A stretch of DNA of 64,000 bases from an uncultured bacterium. GTDB lineage: Bacteria > Hydrothermota > UBA3073 > NMUJ01 > CBEVQO01. Each line of letters starts with the position of its first letter. Positions within the stretch are counted from its first letter, which is position 1. Of this stretch, positions 56,674 through 64,000 are shown one piece after another. Both the position numbers and the translations under genes were made by a program. The notes beneath the pieces were generated by a model, which saw only the letters and a program-made list of their open reading frames with translations, was not told the DNA's origin and ran no database searches. Location of the stretch: assembly GCA_965552055.1 (NCBI GenBank), contig CBEVQO010000004.1, positions 106,213-170,212 on the forward strand. The letters run 5' to 3'.

Positions 56674-57423
56674 GTGAAAGTGGCACTGATTAGTGATTTT
56701 CATGGCAAGGAAGAATATCTGGAGAAATTTATTAATGCTATAAAGTCAGAGAGTCTTGATTTTATCATATTTTGTGGTGATGTGGTTAAGGGTTTTGTCA
56801 GGGGTGACGAGTGGCTCAGTGCCCGTTCAGATGGCAGGTGTCCTGATAAGAATAAAAAAGAAATATGGGATTCTTTTTCGGAAGATAAATATTTTTATGA
56901 TAAATTTTTCGGTGAATTAGACAAACTTGGTTTGCAGGTACTTGTGGTGCATGGAAACATGGATGCTCCTGTTAAATATTTTGAAGAAGCAGTTGATAAA
57001 TATCCCAACATTTATAATTTGCATTGTGCTGTTTATGGTTGGAAAGATTGGGTATTTTTTGGATTCGGGGGAGAGATTACCGAGTCGGAATACGAAGATT
57101 TTTTCGTCAATGTGTATCCGAGAAAGATGATAGAGAAAGCTTTTTTGAAGATGAAAGATGTTAGATTAAAAAAAATATTCGTTACGCATACTCCTCCTGT
57201 ATCAAGAGCAGGTACAGAACCTCAGGGGTATAAAGGATGCGAGATTATAAATGAGATTATTCTGAACTATAAACCTGTTTTTCATTTCTGTGGTCATGCT
57301 CATAAAGCCCGTGGACAGGATAAAATAGGAGAAACAGTTGTGGTGAACCCTGGACCCCTGAAATACGGATATTATGCGATTTGCGATGTTGAAAAGAAGG
57401 AGGTAAAATTTTTGACTCTTTAA
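56674..57423 (+). CDS. Calcineurin-like metallophosphoesterase
   Basis: ISDFHG, CGDVV, VHGNMD, VTHTPP, FCGHAH. Confidence 0.9.
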   Translation: MKVALISDFHGKEEYLEKFINAIKSESLDFIIFCGDVVKGFVRGDEWLSARSDGRCPDKNKKEIWDSFSEDKYFYDKFFGELDKLGLQVLVVHGNMDAPVKYFEEAVDKYPNIYNLHCAVYGWKDWVFFGFGGEITESEYEDFFVNVYPRKMIEKAFLKMKDVRLKKIFVTHTPPVSRAGTEPQGYKGCEIINEIILNYKPVFHFCGHAHKARGQDKIGETVVVNPGPLKYGYYAICDVEKKEVKFLTL

Positions 57424-57443
57424 ACACATTTGCTAAAATATTA

Positions 57444-57638
57444 TTGCTTTTTGGTATCTTTTTGATTTTTACTTCTGGTATTCTATTTTTGCTTGGTAAA
57501 ACAGGTGTTAACTTTCCGCGTTTACCGGGTGATATTTACATAAAGCGTGAAAATTTTGTTTTTTATTTTCCCATTGTTAGTTGTGTTATTTTGTCTTTAC
57601 TTTTGACTCTTATTTTAAATCTTTTGTGCAGGAGATGA
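57444..57638 (+). CDS. DUF2905-family small membrane protein
   Basis: RLPGDIYIKRENFVFYFPIVSCVILSLLLT. Confidence 0.85.
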   Translation: MLFGIFLIFTSGILFLLGKTGVNFPRLPGDIYIKRENFVFYFPIVSCVILSLLLTLILNLLCRR

Positions 57639-58690
57639 TACCTGAGAGTTTATTTTTTATAGTGTCGAAATATTTTGAAGTCGAAAGTGTTCATTACTCT
57701 GGAGAAAGGCTTTCTTTCTTTGGGCGACCGATCGGTGACCCTGATGAATCTTTTGATAATATTTATCGTGAGATAAGAAAGTTTGATTTCATTCCTGCTT
57801 TTTTCAAAAAAGATGGACATATAGAATTGAGGATTGTAAAATTTTCGCCCGTTAAAGCGGGTAATCACAATGTGAATCTCATATTGCTTTTTCTTACTGT
57901 TATCACAACAGTGCTTGCCGGTGTTATGCTTTCTGGCAAAAGTCCGTTAATCATAAAGAACTGGATTTATGGTATTCCTTATTCAATAGCGATAATGACA
58001 ATACTTGGAGCACATGAGCTCGGGCATTATTTTGCCTGCAAAAAATATGGTGTAAGGGCAACTCTTCCTTATTTTATTCCTGTGCCTACTTTTGTAGGGA
58101 CATTTGGTGCAATAATAAGGATAAAATCGCCGATTCCAAATAGGAGAAGCTTAATGGTGATAGGAGCCAGCGGACCTTTTATTGGTTTATTCTTTGCAAT
58201 ACTTTTTACAATAATAGGTTTAAAACTGTCGAAAGTGGTTCCGCGTACAGGGGCAGGGTTATCGCTTGGTAGTTCTTTACTTTTTTCTTTTTTATCGAAA
58301 ATGGTTTATCCTGATGTTCCCGCGGGCATGACGATAGCTTTAAATCCACTTGCTTTCGCTGGCTGGCTCGGTATGTTTGTCACCGCTATGAATCTATTGC
58401 CTGTTGGTCAGCTAGATGGCGGACATATTGCTTATTCTTTATTCGGGGAAAAACAAAGATATTTCTCTTTACCTGTTATAGCTTTATTGATTTATTTTGG
58501 GATAAAATACTGGGTGGGATGGTTTTTATGGGCACTTTTGCTTGCATTTCTCGCAGGGGTAAGACATCCCCCAACTTTAAATGACCTCAGCAAACTAAAA
58601 CCGGCTCACAGGATAATGGGAATAGCTGGATTTATCGTGCTTATTGTAACATTTATTCCTTCGCCATTTCCTGGTGTGAAACTGGGATGA
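57635..58690 (+). CDS. Site-2 protease family (M50) membrane metalloprotease
   Basis: AHELGHY, PYFIP..GTFGA, SGPFIG, NLLPVGQLDGGH; start trimmed to ATG 57635. Confidence 0.92.
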   Translation: MIPESLFFIVSKYFEVESVHYSGERLSFFGRPIGDPDESFDNIYREIRKFDFIPAFFKKDGHIELRIVKFSPVKAGNHNVNLILLFLTVITTVLAGVMLSGKSPLIIKNWIYGIPYSIAIMTILGAHELGHYFACKKYGVRATLPYFIPVPTFVGTFGAIIRIKSPIPNRRSLMVIGASGPFIGLFFAILFTIIGLKLSKVVPRTGAGLSLGSSLLFSFLSKMVYPDVPAGMTIALNPLAFAGWLGMFVTAMNLLPVGQLDGGHIAYSLFGEKQRYFSLPVIALLIYFGIKYWVGWFLWALLLAFLAGVRHPPTLNDLSKLKPAHRIMGIAGFIVLIVTFIPSPFPGVKLG

Positions 58691-59571
58691 ATGTTGTATC
58701 GAAAACAGATTTAAAAGATGTGAAGTTAATAAAAAGGGGCAAGGTAAGGGATATATACGAAGTGGATGATAAGCTGTTAATAGTTTCTACCGATAGAATA
58801 TCTGCTTTCGATATTGTGCTACCCAATGCTATTCCTATGAAAGGTAAAATTTTGAATAAGATGTGTGAATTCTGGTTTAAATTTACATGTGATATTTGCG
58901 ATAATCATTTTATAACTGCGGATGTTGAAGATTTTCCCGATATTTTGAAAAAATATTCATTAATTTTGAAAGATAGGGCAATGTTATGTTTGCGTGCAGA
59001 ACCTATCATGGTTGAATGCATTGTCAGGGGTTATTTATCTGGCAGTGCCTGGAAAGAATATAAGAAAAAAGGGACGATATGGGGGACAAGGTATCCCGAT
59101 GGCTTAAAGGAGTCGCAGAAATTGGATGAGCCAATATTTACTCCAACTACAAAAGCATTGGAAGGGCATGATGAACCCATAACTTTTAAAAAATTAAAAG
59201 ATAAATATGGTACGGAGATTGCGAATTTTCTAAAAGATAAGAGCATAGAAATTTATTTGAAAGGAGCAAAATATGCAGAGGATAGAGATATTATAATAGC
59301 GGATGCAAAATTTGAATTTGGTTTTTATGATGATAGGATAATTTTAATAGATGAGATTTTGACACCCGATTCTTCGAGATTCTGGGATGCAAAGGAATAT
59401 TCGCCCGGGTTACCTCAAAAGAGTTTTGATAAGCAATTTGTCAGGGATTATCTCGAAAGTATAGGCTGGAATAAGAAGCCCCCGCCCCCACCCCTCCCCC
59501 CCGAAATTATCAAAAAGACAACAGAAAAATATAAGGAAGCATACAAAAGATTAGTGGGAGAGGAGATATGA
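58687..59571 (+). CDS. purC: SAICAR synthetase
   Basis: RGKVRDIY, TDRISAFD, ECIVRGYLSGS, IFTPTTKA, IIADAKFEFG, DEILTPDSSRFW. Confidence 0.97.
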   Translation: MNVVSKTDLKDVKLIKRGKVRDIYEVDDKLLIVSTDRISAFDIVLPNAIPMKGKILNKMCEFWFKFTCDICDNHFITADVEDFPDILKKYSLILKDRAMLCLRAEPIMVECIVRGYLSGSAWKEYKKKGTIWGTRYPDGLKESQKLDEPIFTPTTKALEGHDEPITFKKLKDKYGTEIANFLKDKSIEIYLKGAKYAEDRDIIIADAKFEFGFYDDRIILIDEILTPDSSRFWDAKEYSPGLPQKSFDKQFVRDYLESIGWNKKPPPPPLPPEIIKKTTEKYKEAYKRLVGEEI

Positions 59572-59572
59572 A
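59550..59572 (+). repeat. 23-bp direct repeat, left copy
   Basis: ATTAGTGGGAGAGGAGATATGAA, identical to 61243-61265. Confidence 0.95.
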
Positions 59573-60611
59573 TAAACTTTTATCTGCTATTGAAGCAGCC
59601 AAAATCCTACAAATAACAGTTAAGGAATTACATGAGTTAACGAAGTCAGGTGAAATAAAGAGCATCATTATTCCCAGTGGACAATACAAATTCGATTACG
59701 AAGAGATTTTGAGATTTAAGAAAACCGATTTATATCAAAAACTTAAAAAAAGAGGCAAAAAAGCACTGGAAGATAAGATAAAATTAATAGAAGTTAATAA
59801 CACCACTCAAAAAATAATTGTGGGCGATGCACGCAAAATGGAAGAAATAGAAAATGGTTCTATAAATCTTGTAATAACTTCGCCTCCATATTTTAACGCT
59901 AAATTGTATTCTGAGACGAAAATCGAAGGAGATTTAGGTGCAATTGAAGATTTAGATAAATGGTTAGAAGAAATTGAAAAAGTGTGGCGTGAAGTTTATC
60001 GGGTTTTACAACCCGGCAGGAAAGCATTTATTAATATTATGAATTTACCTGTTCGCACAAAGCGGGGATTTAAAACTTTGAATTTATGTGGTAAAACAAT
60101 AGATATTTTTGAAAAAATAGGGTTTATATTTAAAAGAGACATTGTGTGGCACAAAACAAACTCAGTCCGTGCACATTTCGGTACTTTTCCCTATCCCGGT
60201 AATATTTTAATAAACTATGCACATGAATTCATACTGGAGTTTGAGAAACCTGCTCCTAAAAATTATGATAAATATGCTCATTTAACTGAATATCAAAAAG
60301 AGGCATCGAAGTTAGAAAAAGAATTTTGGATTGAGATTAAGAAGACAGATGTATGGACTATGAAACCCGAAGGTTCGGGTGATAGGCGTGAACATGTTGC
60401 ACCTTTTCCTTATGAGTTGCCTTATAGATTGATAAAAGCTTACAGTTACATTGGTGAAGTCGTTTTAGATCCTTTTGTAGGTTCAGGAACCACTTTAATT
60501 GCAGCTAGAGATTTAATGAGAAATGGTATAGGATATGAAATAAATCCTGAAATTGCAGCTGTAGCAGTTGAAAGGATAAAAAATTACCAGTATAAATTGT
60601 TTAAAAAATGA
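59568..60611 (+). CDS. Beta-class N4C/N6A DNA methyltransferase with N-terminal HTH (HTH_17/MerR-like)
   Basis: LLSAIEAAKILQIT (HTH); LVITSPPYF (motif IV); HVAPFP; VLDPFVGSGTT (motif I). Confidence 0.9.
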   Translation: MNKLLSAIEAAKILQITVKELHELTKSGEIKSIIIPSGQYKFDYEEILRFKKTDLYQKLKKRGKKALEDKIKLIEVNNTTQKIIVGDARKMEEIENGSINLVITSPPYFNAKLYSETKIEGDLGAIEDLDKWLEEIEKVWREVYRVLQPGRKAFINIMNLPVRTKRGFKTLNLCGKTIDIFEKIGFIFKRDIVWHKTNSVRAHFGTFPYPGNILINYAHEFILEFEKPAPKNYDKYAHLTEYQKEASKLEKEFWIEIKKTDVWTMKPEGSGDRREHVAPFPYELPYRLIKAYSYIGEVVLDPFVGSGTTLIAARDLMRNGIGYEINPEIAAVAVERIKNYQYKLFKK

Positions 60612-61264
60612 ATGTATTATGCCAAATAAATGACTTTAAAAAAGCAATTAATGAAATAATAGAACTTTTAGATTGTGAAAAGTTAAATTTGGAAAGAGGC
60701 GTAGAATTTACTGATGAGATAAAAGAAATAAAATCTTTTTTTGTTTTCTTAAAAAATATATCTAAAAAAGCAAATTCTTATGAAGAGCTCATAAAAATTC
60801 TTAATGAAAGTAAAGAAATTGATAAAAGATTTTTAGGTTTTTTAGGAAAAATTTTAGATATTATTCAAGTTTTAAAAGAAGGAAGCGAACGAAACAGGAA
60901 AATAAGGTCGGAGATAATTAAGAATTTAGAAGAAACAGGGCACTGGAGAGAAAGTATGAGAATAAGAATAGAAAGATATCATAAAGAATTAATCGAAGCA
61001 ATTGTTATTTACAATATTTTGGAAATAGCTTATTTTATCGGGGAGAAAAAAGAAAGCAGGTTAGGCAAACCGCTACAAAAAAAATTTGAAGAATATGAAG
61101 ATTGTTTAATATTTATACCACATGTAAAAGAAAATGTTAAACAGATAAATGAAAAAGATGAAATTATCATTCCTCAGGAGGTTTTAAAAACAAAGATAAA
61201 GTTTGAGGATTTTGAGAATTTGCCGGCAGATGATTTAATCAAATTAGTGGGAGAGGAGATATGA
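60608..61264 (+). CDS. Hypothetical protein (possible partner of the methyltransferase)
   Basis: 218-aa ORF, ATGA-coupled to the MTase, no recognisable motif. Confidence 0.65.
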   Translation: MNVLCQINDFKKAINEIIELLDCEKLNLERGVEFTDEIKEIKSFFVFLKNISKKANSYEELIKILNESKEIDKRFLGFLGKILDIIQVLKEGSERNRKIRSEIIKNLEETGHWRESMRIRIERYHKELIEAIVIYNILEIAYFIGEKKESRLGKPLQKKFEEYEDCLIFIPHVKENVKQINEKDEIIIPQEVLKTKIKFEDFENLPADDLIKLVGEEI

Positions 61265-61265
61265 A
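61243..61265 (+). repeat. 23-bp direct repeat, right copy
   Basis: ATTAGTGGGAGAGGAGATATGAA, identical to 59550-59572. Confidence 0.95.
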
Positions 61266-61773
61266 AGAATATAAATTATCGGATGAGTTTTTGTCAACGG
61301 GTGTTCCTACTGCTGGGGACCTGAAGTATGTGTTACCGCCTGATGAGCGCCTTGAGAGGGGTCCCTGTGTCGTGGTTGAGTGCTTTCAGCGTATCCCGTG
61401 CAATCCCTGTACCAGAGCGTGTCCTTCAGGAGCTATAAAAATAGAAGGAAATATCAATAATTTACCCGAGGTGGATTTTGATAAATGCACAGGATGCGGT
61501 GTGTGTATCGCTCATTGTCCCGGATTATGTATTTTTGTTGTACATAAAAATTATACAGAAAAAACAGGAAGAGTGATGATACCCTATGAATTTTTACCTG
61601 TTCCGGAAAAGGGTGAAATCGTTGATGGTTTGAATCGTGCAGGCGAAAAAGTTTGTGATGCAAAAGTTTTAAGAGTGATAAATAATCCAAAGCAAGACAA
61701 AACTTTAATAATAGATGTGGAAGTGCCGAAAAATTTAATAAATGAAGTAAGGATGATAAAAGTGAGAAGATGA
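61261..61773 (+). CDS. 4Fe-4S dicluster domain protein
   Basis: [15 protein letters not shown] and [12 protein letters not shown]. Confidence 0.88.
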   Translation: MKEYKLSDEFLSTGVPTAGDLKYVLPPDERLERGPCVVVECFQRIPCNPCTRACPSGAIKIEGNINNLPEVDFDKCTGCGVCIAHCPGLCIFVVHKNYTEKTGRVMIPYEFLPVPEKGEIVDGLNRAGEKVCDAKVLRVINNPKQDKTLIIDVEVPKNLINEVRMIKVRR

Positions 61774-63491
61774 GAGTTGGAATTGCACAAATAAATCCCA
61801 CGGTTGGTGATTTTGAAGGCAACGCTAAAAAAATTCTGGAGTATATTGAGAAAGCAAGGGAAGTGGAGTGCGATGTCGTTGCATTTCCTGAGCTGGTGCT
61901 GACAGGATATCCGCCCGAAGATTTGTTGCTGAAACCCAAATTTATAGAAGAAAATCTTAAAAAAATAAAAGAAATAGCATCAAAAACAAAAGACATAGTC
62001 GCAATAATAGGTTTTGTTGATAAAAAGGACGATATTTATAACGCTGCAGCTATTATTTATGATGGTGAAATAAAAGGTGTTCATCACAAGCATTATCTAC
62101 CCAATTACACTGTATTCGATGAAAAGAGGTATTTTCAGGAAGGCAAAGAATCTTATGTTTATCAGTATGGTGAATGTATTTTCGGGGTTACTATTTGTGA
62201 GGATATCTGGATACAGGGTGGCACTCTTGAAGCCCAGGTTCTTGGTGGTGATGTTGAGATTATTTTCTCAATAAATGCCTCGCCTTATCATGTTGGGAAA
62301 TGGGAACAAAGGAGAGAGATGCTTTCTACTCGTGCAAACGATAATTCAATAGTTATTGTTTATGCAAATATGGTTGGGGGACAGGATGAGCTCGTTTTTG
62401 ATGGTCATTCTATGGTTATAAATGAGTATGGTGAGTTGATAGCAGAGGCATCGCAATTTGAAGAAGATTTTATTGCCTGTGACATAGACAGGAGGAGCAT
62501 TCTCAGAAAAAGATTGCACGACCCGAGGAGGAGAGAAGCCAAAGAAGAATTTTTACAAACAGGTCAAAAGGTTAAAAGAATAATTTTAAAAAAGGACGAA
62601 TATGAAAAAGATAAGAAACCACTTCCTTCTTATCCGAGGATAAGGTTGCATGAAACAGAGGAGATTTACAGGGCATTATGTGTTGGTTTGCGTGATTACA
62701 TAAAGAAAAATGGCTTTAAAAAAGTGGTAATAGGGTTATCCGGCGGGATAGATTCTGCGCTTACAGCTGTAATAGCGGTCGATGCACTTGGAAAGGAGAA
62801 TGTAACATGTGTTTATATGCCATCGATGTATTCATCAAAAGAAAGTAAAGAAGATGCAGAAAAGCTTGCGAAAAATCTTGGAGTGAAATTTCTGGAAATA
62901 CCCATAACCGATATTTACAATCAATATATGAAAGTGTTTGGCAAAGTGTTTAAGGGCTTGCCTGTCGATAAGACCGAAGAAAATTTGCAGGCAAGGATAA
63001 GGGGTAATATTTTGATGGCTTTATCAAATAAATTCGGCTGGATTGTTTTATCTACAGGTAATAAAAGTGAAATGAGCGTTGGATATGCGACACTTTATGG
63101 TGATATGTGCGGTGGATTTAATGTGTTGAAAGATGTTCCAAAGACGCTTGTTTACAAACTCGCACATTACAGGAATACAAAATCAAAAGTGATACCCGAT
63201 AGAATTTTGAAAAAACCGCCCTCAGCTGAGTTAAGACCAAATCAAAGAGACGAAGACGAGCTCGCACCTTATGAATTGCTTGACCCCATAGTGCAGCTTT
63301 ATGTTGAAGAAGATAGGAGCATGGATGAAATTATAAAAATGGGTTTCGAAGAGAAACTTGTAAAAAAGGTAGTAAGTATGATAGACAAAAACGAATATAA
63401 GAGGCGTCAATCACCACCCGGCATTAAAATAACCCCAAGAGCATTTGGTAAAGATAGAAGAATGCCCATAACCAATAAATTTATTCCTTAA
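61770..63491 (+). CDS. nadE: Glutamine-dependent NAD+ synthetase
   Basis: Nitrilase-like FPEL/DEKRYF/TICEDIW plus synthetase [32 protein letters not shown]. Confidence 0.96.
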   Translation: MRVGIAQINPTVGDFEGNAKKILEYIEKAREVECDVVAFPELVLTGYPPEDLLLKPKFIEENLKKIKEIASKTKDIVAIIGFVDKKDDIYNAAAIIYDGEIKGVHHKHYLPNYTVFDEKRYFQEGKESYVYQYGECIFGVTICEDIWIQGGTLEAQVLGGDVEIIFSINASPYHVGKWEQRREMLSTRANDNSIVIVYANMVGGQDELVFDGHSMVINEYGELIAEASQFEEDFIACDIDRRSILRKRLHDPRRREAKEEFLQTGQKVKRIILKKDEYEKDKKPLPSYPRIRLHETEEIYRALCVGLRDYIKKNGFKKVVIGLSGGIDSALTAVIAVDALGKENVTCVYMPSMYSSKESKEDAEKLAKNLGVKFLEIPITDIYNQYMKVFGKVFKGLPVDKTEENLQARIRGNILMALSNKFGWIVLSTGNKSEMSVGYATLYGDMCGGFNVLKDVPKTLVYKLAHYRNTKSKVIPDRILKKPPSAELRPNQRDEDELAPYELLDPIVQLYVEEDRSMDEIIKMGFEEKLVKKVVSMIDKNEYKRRQSPPGIKITPRAFGKDRRMPITNKFIP

Positions 63492-64000
63492 GTCGCTCTA
63501 ACTGAGCCTTTGCTCTTTCTATTGCCTTTTTGGCTTTCTCATTGGTCGGGTCAATTTCGAGAACTTTTTTCCACCAGTAGATTGCTTCTTCGAAATCATC
63601 TTTTGTATAAGCGGATATTCCCTTTAGGTAATATTCTCTGATTTTTTCTGCCGATATTTTCTTTCTTTTTGTTTTTATTCTGTTTATATAATTTTTCGCA
63701 GTAATGTTTTGTGGGTCGAGTCTCAACACTGCACTAAATGCAGCTTCTGCTTCGTCATATTTACCTTCGCCATATAATCTGATGCCTTCATTTGTTTTCT
63801 CTTTGATTATTTTACTTCTTTCTGCATAAATCTGATTTTTTATTTCCTTTACTTCGGGGTCTTCTGGTGCCAGTTCCTCTGCTTTTTTGATTTTGGAGAG
63901 AGCAAGATTTATATTTCCTTCTGATAAGTATTTTCTTGCTTCATTTTTATATGATGTTATAAGTTTCTGTAAAGCTTCTTTTGCTTTTTTAATTCCTTCT
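63481..64000 (-). CDS. TPR protein (3' part; runs off the right edge)
   Basis: Frame open from the window edge; C-terminal [29 protein letters not shown], closely paralogous to the end of 50737-52584. Confidence 0.8.
   Translation of the reverse strand, partial: EGIKKAKEALQKLITSYKNEARKYLSEGNINLALSKIKKAEELAPEDPEVKEIKNQIYAERSKIIKEKTNEGIRLYGEGKYDEAEAAFSAVLRLDPQNITAKNYINRIKTKRKKISAEKIREYYLKGISAYTKDDFEEAIYWWKKVLEIDPTNEKAKKAIERAKAQLERLKE

Noticed and set aside
61454-61996. 180-aa minus-strand ORF
   Set aside because: Antisense to the well-supported ferredoxin and nadE genes; composition typical of a shadow frame.

Overview
AT-rich bacterial chromosomal window, densely coding, with no rRNA, CRISPR array or transposase. 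Numerous T9SS-like C-terminal sorting domains, PorV-like barrels and a TonB-dependent receptor point to an FCB-affiliated diderm, possibly a WOR-3-like candidate phylum (inference; no search was run). Housekeeping content: groEL (partial), groES, tRNA-Val(TAC), prfB, mtaB, a tRNA nucleotidyltransferase, gcvPA, arcC, accBC, pdxJ, folC, hutI, purC and nadE. Envelope content: a 14-kb TBDR/PorV/secreted-protein locus, a clostripain-family giant protein, glycosyltransferases and a TPR-CHAT protease. Most notable observations: (1) at least 11 TTGAC(A/T)...TAnnnT promoters with an exactly 15-bp spacer instead of the canonical 17, many driving apparently leaderless mRNAs; (2) a six-copy, translationally coupled, mosaic tandem array of DUF5618/HEPN-like genes inside the accBC operon; (3) a 1.7-kb cassette (HTH-fused DNA methyltransferase plus an unknown ORF) bounded by an exact 23-bp direct repeat; (4) strong enrichment of the D-S/T glycosylation-like sequon and very short signal peptides in exported proteins; (5) a GroEL with a ~34-aa insertion and a probable CC-only-adding enzyme. 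All family names come from motif recognition by eye, and all counts were done by hand.
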